Shown one piece after another: positions 1 to 11,757 of a DNA stretch of 64,000 bases (positions are counted from its first letter, which is position 1; each line of letters begins with the position of its first letter). Origin of the DNA: Pseudovirgaria hyperparasitica (Eukaryota); assembly GCA_010093815.1 (NCBI GenBank), contig ML996572.1. One strand, 5' to 3'. A program made the position numbers and the translations under genes. The notes beneath the pieces were generated by a model. That model saw only the letters and a program-made list of their open reading frames with translations. It made no database searches and was not told the DNA's origin.

Positions 1-713
1 AAGCCGACCCTCACGCAAATAGATTGATCTTCATCATCACTTCATTTCGCGACGAAGTAGTCAAGCAGCGCCAAAAGCGCGTGCAGAAGGCCATGCAGAA
101 GCCTAATTTCAGTCACATACAGCCTCAAGCGGTACAAAATGCAGCTAACGGACAGCACAAGAAGTCAGACTCTCAACAACTTTCGCCTCATACATCGATC
201 AACCAGACTACAGAAATACCTGGGCAGCCAATGCAACGTCCTACAGAAGCCAACACGGACTGGAACAACACCCATTATAAGTTTGCCATGCCCGCTCCGC
301 CACAGCCTCCCCCCAACGCTCTCGAACCGAACATCACCACACATGCCTTTGTGAATACCACCTTCAACAAGCCATCTCCACTGTCGCCAGTCACATTCTC
401 CCCACCCTCAAATGTCTCAGCTTTGAACGCATCCCCAGTCAGTCATGCGATGCTCACGGCAGTATCCGCAGGCCTTCCCGGCCCGCTCGATACGCACACG
501 TCGCTATCAAGTTTCCTCGACATCTCTGCGCTCGACAACACGGTCATCCCATACCTAACCAGCGAAGACGGATCTTGCATCGAAGAGAACCTCGACTTTG
601 ACACATTATGGACGTGGCCTGGTGCAAATGGCACCGGTGGCGAAACGTGGAAAAGCGATGTGCAGGGCGTGAGCGATAGTAATGTGCCGCTGTTTGGTCT
701 GGTCGATACGTAG
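1..713 (+). CDS. 3' terminal exon of a gene starting upstream of the window; probably a fungal transcription factor C-terminus
   Basis: Probable intron acceptor TAG at 20-22, then an open frame to 713. The product is a P/S/Q-rich disordered region ending in an acidic-aromatic tail (LDFDTLWTWP), typical of Zn2Cys6-type activation tails. No DNA-binding domain is visible in the window. Confidence 0.45.
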   Translation, partial: ADPHANRLIFIITSFRDEVVKQRQKRVQKAMQKPNFSHIQPQAVQNAANGQHKKSDSQQLSPHTSINQTTEIPGQPMQRPTEANTDWNNTHYKFAMPAPPQPPPNALEPNITTHAFVNTTFNKPSPLSPVTFSPPSNVSALNASPVSHAMLTAVSAGLPGPLDTHTSLSSFLDISALDNTVIPYLTSEDGSCIEENLDFDTLWTWPGANGTGGETWKSDVQGVSDSNVPLFGLVDT

Positions 714-1963
714 CTTTCTGTAATATGTGAGGGAATATAAGATTTTTCTAATGTCAGTTGGGCGGTGAGTCTAATGGATTTTGGTTGCGGCGTTTTCCAT
801 ACCCCGTTTTTTTGAAAGACGATTATAACATTCTATGTACTACCAATTCTTCCGGTTTTTTTTTGTGTGGCGGCGTTGGATAGGTACGAGGGAAATGGTT
901 CGCTAAAACGGTCTGGACAGACTTAGATGTACTATCATATAACCTCTTTCTATACTGAGTAAATAGTGTTGGGAAAAGTTTTATACACCTATGATAGATA
1001 GACAGTATATACATATATATTTCAAGAAAGATGGAAGGCAGGCATATAAATCATGCTGACTAGATATGTAGTTGTCCTTTCCTCGTATAGCTTGTTTTGA
1101 TAGTAATTTACATGATGCATTTATTCCATCCAGGATATTGCCGACTCTCGGTGATGTAGCTTCTGGGTTGAGGGTTGATGGTACTGCTGGCGAGAGCATG
1201 ATCTGTGATGATTGGACTGGTGTCGAGCGGCTCATCAGACCTACCCTGCCGCAATATAGCTCAAGCGTGCTTTCACTTTTGCATCCCAGTGTCGAAACTG
1301 GGACTCCAGGCTCCGAGCTTCTAGAAGACGGGTACATAATGGTTTGAAGTATTAATTTGTGACAATGTTACTCTGTGATGACGGAACCGTAGATTCGAAG
1401 GAACGCGGAGGTTTGAACTGTTAATGGGTGGGTGACACGTGGGAAAGATGGAAAGACTATTTACCAGCAACATGAAGCTTTCGATTCATTTGCCTGACTG
1501 ACTGTTGAGGTTGAGACGGGGAATGTTGGGAGTCGATGATGTCGGGTTTTGACTTTTTGCGATTTTCGTGTAGAATTTAATGTAGGACGTTGATATGACG
1601 AGGATGGTGTGCTCTGGCTAAGGGAAATGCTCCTTGCTTACCGTTGTAGTTGATGTGATATCGTTCTACTAAAAGGTAGCATGGAGTGTGCCGCATTTTT
1701 CTGGGTTTCTCTATCTATAGCTAGCTACAGCTCACTCGGGATTTAATGTCTTTGTTAACTTTTCAAATTTTTTTCTTGACGTCGTGAGAGCGATGGGATG
1801 AGAGGGTAACATATCGTCCCAAGGCCGTTCCATCATACATAGTCCGAGCAGGGAAAATATAATATATGAGGTTCACAACTACTAACAGCCTTTTCTAGCT
1901 GTGACACATTTCCGCAGTAAGACGTCCCTAGGGGTGCTCTAATCAATCAAGCAGGAAGGATGT

Positions 1964-2542
1964 CTACGTCGAGATACTAGCTCGCTCTCGCTGTTTGCGC
2001 ACGGCGTTCTCCTCGCTGGGACGTCGGGCATGGATTTCATCAGCGCTTTATCTGGCTTTGTTGAGATATAGAGCTCTTCCTTCTAGTATTGCATGTCCCC
2101 TCTTTTGCCTGGCTAGATGCATCTGCACAGACAGTCTGGTGGGCTTTTTCCTCCTGATGATATCTGGTTGTAGGGCTATCTTAGATAGAGGGGAGAGAGA
2201 CTGTCTGGTAGTTTGAGGAAGTGGTGTTGTGTGTTACTTTCTAGAGGTGTTTGGTGTACGGATTTAGGTCCCGAGGTGTTGATTTAGCCCTGTTGTCAAC
2301 TCAAGGTTATCAGGAATGGGATCTTTCGACTCATTTCTCTTGACGTGGGTTGTGGTAGACGGCAATGTGTGTTTGTGAGAGGACGTAGGAAGCTCGATAC
2401 GATTGTATGGTCCTGACTGCTTGATAGAGGTGTTCACGTACTCAGTGATGAGACGCGGCTTAGTGAAGTTCAGGAGGCCCAGTAGTGATATGCATGGAAG
2501 AAATGAATCGTGGTGGGGTAGAGTGATCCATGATGGATCCAT
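1964..2542 (-). pseudogene. Candidate decayed coding frame of unknown function (RIP-like nonsense codons)
   Basis: ATG at 2542 opens a 193-codon frame interrupted only by three TAA codons (2264, 2234, 2048). The C-terminal part reads like a charged helix (HLARQKRGHAILEGRALYLNKAR*SADEIHARRPSEENAVRKQRERA). Confidence 0.3.
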
Positions 2543-5284
2543 CGGTACCCCACACTTTTGACAAGCCGGCTAGCTAACTTCAGGTGGATATTCATCCTCA
2601 TGGATCAACATCCTCCCAAGCCCTTTCCGTGTCTCTTTGCCATATGTGCATTGCCATGATCCTAGCACTCGATCCAGCGTACCGCCATCAGAATGGCCCG
2701 GGTCATAGTTCTCCCGGTATTACCAGTTGCGCGATACCTCGACATCTTCAGCGCTGTCGCACCAATCGCAGTTTCATACAGCGTTGAGCACTACTAATGA
2801 TGGCAGCCAGTACCAAAGATGTGACTAAGTAGTATAGTCTTCAAAGCTTCAGAACCTTCTGAGCACATCGGTCGGACCAACAAACGATGCCGCGAATCCA
2901 ATACCGAGCAGCGATACACGAACTCGACCAGCGGTCAAGTATATGTCTTTTGCGAGTTATCGGAGACATCAATGGACACTCCCCTAGATTAGCTCAGTCT
3001 ATCGAAAATGCATAGATCTTTATACACTAGTACCGAAACATGTTCATATAAACCATACGGCCTTCTCGCAAACCAGACTTCTACATCAAAGCGAGTTATC
3101 ACGACGTTGACGAGCTGCGAGCTGAAACGTCACTTGTCCCCTCGAACGAGTCGAGAAATGCACATCCTTCCTTTGTCCATGCGACATTATGCTACAATCA
3201 ATGGCTACAACCAGGAAGAGTTACGGTCATTCGATCGACTTTATGTGGTTCAAGGCGGAACAATGCTCGATAAGAATACAATCTGTACGTCAATTAAAAG
3301 GATTTCTGTGATTAGAGAGGGTATTCCTGGATCTTCCTAGGGAGATTATAATAGTCTCGACGTTCTTTTCTCGAATGTGGACATCTGCATGTGGGATAAT
3401 GATGTCCTAACCTTACGATATGCCACATTCAATGGAATGTAGGCCGCTCAACGGGAATATTGCAAGTAGCTTTTTTGACCTGTGTGTAGGGCAGCCCAAT
3501 GCATTATGCAACCTCAATGACATGCGTGAGATAGAGATTCAAGACCTCAAAACAGACCAAACATATTCACTCATTCAGATACCACAAGCTGTGTGTTTGA
3601 GCAATGGCACCGCGCTCCATAAGTATAACTCTTTACCCTCTGGAGTTATATGTGATCTGCTCCGAACCCAAAGCTAGCTAGATATATAGGTCGTATAATC
3701 TGCTAAGAAAATACTATAGCGTTCTAGGTGTTGCGAAGCTAGAGTATCAGGAGTCCATCTTGCGTCTCTCAAAAGATCCGAATTCGCGTTGTCCAAGCGC
3801 TCTTGCCTGTAAGATATATTCGCATACCCACGTCTGTTACATTCTCTTACAGTCTAAAGTCCATATAGACATGACACAGCCTTGGTACGCGTTGTATTCC
3901 AGACTATGAAGCGTCGATCGGAGTATAAAAGCAGCAAGGGAATGAGCATATACACGTCTCGAGACACGCTGCGAAGTCATGCATTCGCTAGATGGCTGAT
4001 AGATACTGAGCAGGGTAGGCCATCTACTATCGTTTGCTAAAAGCCGTTTAGTCTCGATAAAACATATGAATTGGATGTTAAGTCTCACCAAGGCCTTGAT
4101 TCCCCTCGCAAACTTGAAAACATTTAGGACCCCAGGCTTTATGTGTGGTGAGCTACCAACATTTTCTTCGGGTTCATACTCGTACGTTGCGGACAGGCTT
4201 CTCGCGGGTGGTCAGAGGTGTGTTAGAATAAGAAGTCAAGATGTGAGGATATTGGCATTCAGGGGTACCTCATACCGAGTCAATTCAGGGGCATCGCTCG
4301 CTAGACAATGTCATATCACAAAGCCGTTAAGTGTAATCTTTTGATTCTGGTGCACTCTCCTATCACTGTTTCGTCACCTGCAGCTAGCAGCAATTAATAC
4401 GTCCGTGAATTTGCTCACGTGTGGCGGTCGGCGATTGTTAACGAGGCGCAGCCGGTACATCACTTGAGCAGTAAAGTCACGTATGTCGCATTCACACATA
4501 AATACGTTCAGTTGAAAATTCTCTCCTCCACTTCTTCTGGTCTTACTCTTTCACGCCGCTTCCCAAATACGGTTTCTTATCCTCTAGGATTCGTCCTGTT
4601 GGTGTCCTCTTAAAGGTTCTTATCCACCATTCATCTTTGATCCCTTCTCTTCGTCTTGTCGACTTTGGCATCCCAATGTGAAGCTAGAGGCGAACGATTA
4701 ACTTGTTGTAAGTTATAGCTGTTTTTCAAATCCTCGCAAAGAATCTCTACTCGTGTACGCCCTGGGAGAAGGTTTATTCGGCATACTGTACCAGCTAGCC
4801 TTAAACTGTAGCCATGCGCACAGGGGCCTTCGACAGGTCTTCTGGAGCTGACTCCGATCCATATACCCCCGATTGTGCTCTTCTGACTTATTGCCGAATA
4901 CGAATGCTAAAAGACACTAGAGTAGTACGGATATCCTCTCGGCTTTAGGCCGATCGCTGTTATCGCCATTTCAAAAGCAGTTGTATGTCTTTTGCTGTCG
5001 GTATCTTAGACCATTAGCAACGGCTACCAGCATACCAGAATGATAGGTCAGTGATAGCATGCCTTTGACTGTATTAATCTGTGGATTTGAGAGAGTGTTA
5101 CTATCGTTTCGTTCCGCTATACCAGTGGTATAGTACTGCATAAAAACATTCTCTGATTGAATCCACCAGGTCCCCTATAGATCATTCTTGACACTCAACG
5201 TACATTCCAGTCATTTCAAAAGCTTAAAACTCGCCTGTTTCGACAAGAAAGAAGTAAAATTTACCTTTATCACAGCATCATATC

Positions 5285-7270
5285 ATGGCTACTATCGCAG
5301 GACCAAGGGCTGCAACATCTTTTGCCAGTCTGCAGTCTACGACGGGGTCTAACCGAAGTGCTGATAGCTCCAATGACTCGGGCAGCACCAATGCTACTAC
5401 TTCACGAAAGTTTCCACGCTACAGAGCTGTATCAACTGGAAACGTTCATATTCCTGCATGGGAGCCGTCCAATTCTTGTCCCACCGCTGTTACCCTTGCA
5501 CAGGCTATCAGTTGGGATACACGCGTCCATGAGAGATTGAGCAACAAATGGGTCGACTCCATCCCACCACTCAAACGTCTCGATGCTTACACCTTGATTG
5601 AGAGGCTTGTTTTGACATTGAATAATCCAGCATACATCCCCTACCCAACGGTACACGATCCCATCATCATTGCTATTGACCTCGAGCACTTTCCAGTGCG
5701 TGAAGACCGGCAGACAGAGGTCGGACTAGCTATACTAGACACAGCAACAATCAAAGGAACAACACCCGGTCCATATGCAGACTATTGGATCCAACAAGTC
5801 CGAGCACGCCACTTGCGAGTCTGGGAGACTGGTACTTGGATCACATATGCGAAGAACAAAGCTACCGGAGAACGTCTCTGGGCTGGCAACAAATTCCAAT
5901 TCGGCACTTCCGAATGGCGCCAGGTCCCTGACATATACAAGGAGATTGAAGAAGTGTTACGCGTCAGTATCCAGGGCAGAAATCGTCCCGTCATTCTCGT
6001 CTCCCACCACTGGTCCCAGCAAGAGCAGTTCCTCTCCAACCTCTTCGTCGACCAAGGCCACCTCCTCAAACGCTTCCGTCTCACAGACTTCGGCTCGATT
6101 GCCTCCGTCATCGACACAGAGTCCTTAGTCTCCAGCATAGGTACCCCCAGAGTTGACCTCTCCGGCGCCCTGCACATGAAAGGCTACAGCGAGTTGATCC
6201 GCCACAACGCTGGTAACGACGCAATGTACACGATGATCCTGCTCCTCCGCCTGGCAACCGATACAACGATGCCCCCTAATCGTCACGCAGCACAACAGTA
6301 CCTGATCCGTCACACTCCCCAGGAACTCCTCCGCCGCCTCGTGCTCCAGCGCCTCAAATACCGCATCCCCCTGAACGACGGCCGCTGCTCTGCCTGTGGT
6401 CGTCTCGGTCACTCCGACGTCCACTGCGTCTGGCTCAACTGCTGCGCCGCCTGTGGAAAGAACGGCTTCTGCGCCCATCGCCCAAAGCCAAAGGACGGAC
6501 ACGCTCATAGCCCTGTTCCGCCCTCGCGCCCAAACTATGGCCTGCACATCACAAACAACAACCACAACAACGCAAACCACATGAATAACAACAACAACCA
6601 CAACAACCTAAACCACATGAACCACAACAACAGCAACATAAACCACATCAACAACATCCACAAAATGAACACCATCATCACCTCCCACCGCAGAACCACC
6701 CAAGACAACCACCACACCGTTCCTGCCCCTCCACCCCGCTCCGCTCCACTCCACCACCTCCCTCCCTCCCCACTCCCCCTTCCTCCACCAGCACCCACAC
6801 CAACAGCAACCCCGAAACCGAACCCGAACCCGAAACCCACACCCACACACGCCCAAATCCACACCACTACCACACCAACCACACCAACAACAACAACAAC
6901 AAAAGACCTCCGCGCCGAAGCACCCATATTCCGCCCAACCACCACGACCACCTCACACCAAAAGCACCACCCCCCAACCCCCCAACACCGCCGCCTCCCA
7001 CCCTCCCACACCGCCGCCCCCCCTTCCCAATCACCACCACGACCCCTAAGCCCACGCACCCGCCTCCAGAACCACGCCGCCGCCCTACGCGCCAAAGTGC
7101 TCATCGAGCGACGCATCACGATGCAGCGCCCGGCCTTTGCCGAGAGCGTGACGGAGCCGAACGAGGCGTGGGGCGCGCCAGAGGGGGGCTATAATGCGTG
7201 TTTGCGGCATGTCGAGGTGGATCATCAGGTGCGGTTTTGTCCGCGGCGGAGGGAGAATTATGGGTGGTGA
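5285..7270 (+). CDS. QIP/Gfd2(YDR514C)-like DEDDh 3'-5' exonuclease with CCHC zinc knuckle and low-complexity N/H/P/T tail
   Basis: Intronless 661-aa ORF. ExoI IAIDLE, TEVGLAILDT, HLRV, FQFGTSEW, ILVSHH, IDT and ExoIII HNAGNDAMYT match the QDE-2-interacting protein family pattern. CSACGRLGHSDVHC is a CX2CX4HX4C knuckle. Confidence 0.8.
   Translation: MATIAGPRAATSFASLQSTTGSNRSADSSNDSGSTNATTSRKFPRYRAVSTGNVHIPAWEPSNSCPTAVTLAQAISWDTRVHERLSNKWVDSIPPLKRLDAYTLIERLVLTLNNPAYIPYPTVHDPIIIAIDLEHFPVREDRQTEVGLAILDTATIKGTTPGPYADYWIQQVRARHLRVWETGTWITYAKNKATGERLWAGNKFQFGTSEWRQVPDIYKEIEEVLRVSIQGRNRPVILVSHHWSQQEQFLSNLFVDQGHLLKRFRLTDFGSIASVIDTESLVSSIGTPRVDLSGALHMKGYSELIRHNAGNDAMYTMILLLRLATDTTMPPNRHAAQQYLIRHTPQELLRRLVLQRLKYRIPLNDGRCSACGRLGHSDVHCVWLNCCAACGKNGFCAHRPKPKDGHAHSPVPPSRPNYGLHITNNNHNNANHMNNNNNHNNLNHMNHNNSNINHINNIHKMNTIITSHRRTTQDNHHTVPAPPPRSAPLHHLPPSPLPLPPPAPTPTATPKPNPNPKPTPTHAQIHTTTTPTTPTTTTTKDLRAEAPIFRPTTTTTSHQKHHPPTPQHRRLPPSHTAAPPSQSPPRPLSPRTRLQNHAAALRAKVLIERRITMQRPAFAESVTEPNEAWGAPEGGYNACLRHVEVDHQVRFCPRRRENYGW
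6550..6900 (+). repeat. Coding low-complexity (AAC/CAC)n and CCGAAM repeats
   Basis: Imperfect AAC/CAC trinucleotide runs encode an N/H-rich tract, followed by PKPNPNPKP and poly-T segments. Confidence 0.8.
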
Positions 7271-7467
7271 GGGGAGGGGAGGGGGCGGGATTTGGGAGGA
7301 TTCATACGGGGAAGGGGGGAAAAGGTCTGGAGGATTTTGTGCTGGATGGGGCAGAAGTGGGAGGAGGAGGAGGAGCAGGGGGAGCTGTTTGAGATAGAGA
7401 CTATGGGTGATTTTTTGGAAAGGTTACGAATTGGATGATTCGCTATTGTATTTCTTACCTCGTTGGA

Positions 7468-7528
7468 AGGAAAGAAAGGAGAAAAAAAGAAAAGAAAGAA
7501 AGGAAGAAAGAACGAAAGAAAAGAAAAA
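7468..7528 (+). repeat. Polypurine (GAAA)n-like microsatellite
   Basis: aggaaagaaaggagaaaaaaagaaaagaaagaaaggaagaaagaacgaaagaaaagaaaa, downstream of the exonuclease gene. Confidence 0.75.
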
Positions 7529-7861
7529 CTCAGGGCTTCAATAGACCACTGAATTCTTGTATCTACTTTCATACTGGATCGATAGTCTTCGATCCGATCG
7601 GAAGTGTGGTATTATGCATTATCATACTAATACAGGTACCTTTTTCTGAGCTAATACAACCTCTATAGAACAGTCTATTACACTTTTTCGGCCCCCATCG
7701 GCTTTTTTTCGGCCTTCAACCAGTGAGCGGCTCTGCCCCTTTAACACCGTCAACTATGCATTTTGGGGGCCACGACACGTCGTAGCCTTGCTGAAAGACT
7801 TTTTTAAATTCTGCTCTTCACCTTTTTTTCATGTCTTTTGGTCACGCACAGCATGCGCCCA

Positions 7862-9314
7862 TCACACCCTGCCAAACTTGGCTCTGATCTCCTCCTCTCC
7901 AAATGCTCTCGTCTTTCTTTTCAACAGCTCCGCCGTCTCGCTGATGGTCAGGTCCATCTGGCGGCCGATCGGCACTAGCCGCTGCGCAAGATGCACGTAG
8001 TCCTTCATCAGCAAGCGGATCGTGATCATGATGTAGTCGATGTCGTGGAAAACAAGAGCTTGCTCGTCGGCGTATTGCTGTTTTTGCGAGATGAAGGCGG
8101 CTGGATGGTCGCGCCAATGGCGCCGCGGGTTCAAGTGGTGCGAAGTGTGGTAGCCGTCGTTGAAGCAGTAACGGTTGGACTAATGTGAGATGTCAGAGGC
8201 ATGACAAACCCTAGCAGGGCGTAAGACTTACCGGGACATCAATGAGCGTTATACTCGACCTAAAGTCCGAATCCGGCTCCTCGTCATCGACAAATGCATG
8301 CTGCCCCCAATTCCCGACCATCAGGCCGATACGCATGAACGCCAACGGAAGCACAAACACGAACACCGCTGCACGTTTATTCACATATGCCGCCAGCAGG
8401 TAGATTGCGAGATAATTCCCAATTTCAAAGAATGCCGCCTTCGCAGCCATGGTCGTCTTGCCTTTGCGCAGAAAATACCTTGGCAGGTCGAACCAGATCA
8501 GGAAATAAAAACGTCCGATGTAATGCAGAAAGTGCCACACGTCGTCGCGCTGATACCGCAGTGTGCTCGATAGGTCGTTCGGGCCGTTGCCTTCGACATG
8601 GTGGTGCTTGACGTGGTGGTAGAAATACGTGTTCCACGTATGTCCCATGAGAGGATCCGTGATGTACGGGAACACGGTATCGAACAACCAGAATCGCTTT
8701 GAGAGGATGCCGCGTCCGTGGATGTGCTGGTGCATCATGAGTGTGTAGGTGCCCATGTAGTAGCCCTGCATGATCACGTGGGCGAAGGCGTGCCAGTAGT
8801 CGAACGAGTAGAAGAGATAGAGGGCGCTGGGGACGGAGGTGGTGAAATACAAGATGAGATGGGTAATCATGACGACGTCGCTTTCGTTACGAACGGCATG
8901 GCGGGCCCATTTGATGTATGGTGACAAGACGTAGCGTTGGAGGAACTTTGGCAGTTGAACATCAGGAAGGTCGACAGACACGAAGACGGTTGGATCGAAA
9001 TGCGCATCGCTGGGGTCATTTTTGGCCTTGAGTGCGTCGAGAGTGGCTTTCGTGCGGGTGGTACATGGCTTTTTGGGGGTTGACTGCGGTGCGGTGGGAG
9101 GCATGTTTGGCTTCGACTTCTCGCCTTTGGGGGATCTTCTTTCGACCGGAGAAGAGTGGGATTCGTCATCCGAAGAAGAGGCCTTGCGATGCTCTTCGAG
9201 GTCCTCGGCCAGATGGGTGAGCACAAGTCGATCGTGGGTGGTCAAGTCCTTGGCAAACACAAGGGGCCTCTGCTCGAGCGGGGCCACGACTTTGTCTGAG
9301 CTAGCCGCAGGCAT
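7862..9314 (-). CDS. Membrane fatty-acid desaturase-like di-iron protein (2 exons; intron 8180-8231)
   Basis: His boxes HQHIH, HHVKHHH and QH...YHTSHH; several hydrophobic helices. The GTAAGT...CTGAC...TAG intron joins the 8211-9326 and 7862-8134 ORFs (IDVP|SNRYCFNDGYHTSHHLNP). ATG at 9314. Confidence 0.85.
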
Positions 9315-10032
9315 CTTGAGATACAAGACTTGAGAGTGGAATAGCTGACAGTCGGTGTTGTGGCACGTAGCCCTGAAGGCTAAACACGGTCAGATTGGTT
9401 GGTCTCATTGCACCTAGATATATGCAGACCAAGGTAACGCGATCGTGACTTGTTCAGGGGCTAAGCTCAACAGCTCCAAAGTTGAGACAGCTTCGTCTGG
9501 GTCGAATTGAGTGCTGAGGTTATGCAAGCTCCGGACGCTAAAGTAGTTTATTAGTCGAGGAGAACAAAGCTACAGTAGATGGCAACCATGGCAGCGTCTG
9601 ATGAGGAAAAAAGCCAAAGAAAAGCTGATGTCTGTATTGCTAGAAGTTATATGTAGCGATGGCGATCTAGATGGTTGTACCCTGTCGATCAGTGCAATTT
9701 CTCAGGCCCGCTCCGACATCCTACCGAGAGCCGAGACCCTGGCTACTTTGATTTGATACGTGCGCTTAGCACAAAAGCGTAGCTGCTGACGCATTGCAAT
9801 ATACATCAGCTACTGGAAAGTTGGACCGAAAGCGAGTCGGGCGAGGACTGAGAACCCTCTCTTCCACGTACCATGTGATACAGTTTCAAGCAGGTTTAGT
9901 AAGCCTGTTTCCTACTATAGTAATGTTTGTGTATTGTGTCAATGCAGAGACTAGCGATGGAACCCCTGCTAGCCGTAAACCCTGATCAGCCTTGCCGTTC
10001 TGTCCAATGCAATGTCTTCACCATGCATCTCA

Positions 10033-10266
10033 CAACAGGGGGTTGTTGCAAAAAGCCGTGGATCACTTTCTCTTAGGCGAGCGCCTCACTAATCGTATAT
10101 TTGACTACGTTTAGATTCCCCATAAACTTACAGAGAGTTAGAGTTATGGAATTGTATTTCCATTCTTTAGTTCTACTGGTATAAAGCTACTATTCGTGGT
10201 TATAGAGACGGGTCAGATGTGTGAGTTTTAGTGAGAGGCGATCTACGCATTTGCAACCCCTTGTTG
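10033..10266. mobile_element. Degenerate fold-back / MITE-like relic with imperfect inverted arms
   Basis: Three nested inverted matches: 10033-10052 vs 10250-10266, 10081-10092 vs 10228-10240, and 10093-10106 vs 10211-10224. Mismatches in the innermost pair are all transitions. No target-site duplication identified. Confidence 0.35.
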
Positions 10267-10485
10267 CTAGACAAAGACCACAGCCGCAGCTAGAGCCGCC
10301 AACTGTCGTTGTGTCTTAGCATGCAGATTAAGTGATGTTGCCTGTATATACAGTATTATCCACATTGAAGTTTATGCCACGCTGGTATGTACATGCTTTA
10401 AACCGACTAGCGCAAGATGGTATATCAACAGGCATCTTCATGCCATCGTGCAGGCAAACTACCCCCGCAACACCAGTACATTCCC

Positions 10486-11757
10486 CTAACTAGCTCGTCT
10501 CAGCTCCAAGAGCCCCGCAGCAATCTTCCCCTTGACCACGCTACTCGTTAACTTATCCCATCCAGACTCTTCCCTTTTAGCATTGATCTCTTCGTCTAGA
10601 TCAGCACCCAGTCTCAAACGTTTTGCAACCGGCGTCGCAAGACTGTCCTCGTTGCTCTTTGCCCTACGTTCCTGGATTCCCGCATCCACCACTGCATCCG
10701 CATCCATTACCGCACTTGAATACCCAGCTTTCACAAGAGCTGTGGCGCGCGCGGGCGGAGACGATGGTAAGTTCCACGCCGCGACTGGGTCGTAGGAGAT
10801 GTGTTTGCTAGAGTATGCGGTAGGTCGTAGGATTGGAGCAGTACTCAATTGTGGAACAGAGCCGATGCGAGTAATTTGGGATGCAGTCTGACGCACAGGT
10901 GAGGTGGATGCTCGGTCCGCCGACTCCGCGGGTAAGCTACGACTGCGTGGTGTCGTCTGCATGGGGGAAGGCGTACGCGACCAGACTTCAGGAGTGATCG
11001 GCTTAGGTGCGGGAAGGGTCAAAGCATAGAGAGGAAGACGCGTCTGGTTTGTCTGGACCTTATACATGGCGACGCGGAGGCGGAGACGGAGCATCTCTGT
11101 TTTCTAAAGCGAAAAGTCAGCCAACTTTACGGCTGTGCCAGAATTTATGGACGTACAGATTGTATGCTCACGAGTGCGGCGGGGGCTTCGCAGGTTGTGC
11201 AGTCGGTCGGAGAGCTGCCGCGTTGGCTTGAACCACGGGGGTCGTAATCAATGAGGGAGGAGAATGAGCCACTGATCTTTGAAGCAGAGCTTTCCTGCGG
11301 GGTGATTTGATTGTCTGGTGTAGGCGTTGATGATCCCGATCTATCATGTTCATGGGCTGGGTGGTGTTGGTAAATGGTGCTGGTTGTCTGCTCAATCGTA
11401 TTAGCATATTGACTCCCTCGAGCACAATGCAACATCCAATACCTCTATCTCTGTTGCCGCAGGCATATCTTCGCTTGAACCTCTCAGTAGCACAGGGCTA
11501 ACGACTTTTGCTTCCTCTGCATAAACGCCATTGTCATCTCCAGCTTTCCTCTTCTTGCCCCTGCTCTCGATTTCTGGACCGCCCGAAGACTGGGTCTCCG
11601 CTAGATAGGTCTGTTTCAGTGGGCTACCGGGTCTGAATATCTCGACTACAGCATCTTTAGTTTTGAGGAAGTCTCTGGGTGATCTTGGTCTGGGTGAGAT
11701 CGCGTTGGGAGGAAGCTCGCCCAAAGGGACGCGTTTAGTTGGCGACGGAGTGGTCAT
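10486..11757 (-). CDS. Nrm1/Whi5-family G1/S transcriptional co-repressor (3 exons)
   Basis: N-terminal D-box RVPLGELPPN; GTB-type motif LRLRLRVAMYKVQTNQ; C-terminal AAGLLEL; many SP/TP CDK sites. Introns at 11388-11442 and one with acceptor at 11104. Confidence 0.8.

Noticed and set aside
4708..5275. Possible long 5'-UTR intron (GTAAGT...CACAG) upstream of the exonuclease
   Set aside because: No convincing branch-point consensus; cannot be supported without transcripts.
6125..7119. Long minus-strand V/W/G-rich ORFs (158 and 194 aa)
   Set aside because: Antisense shadows of the C/A-rich low-complexity tail of the exonuclease gene.
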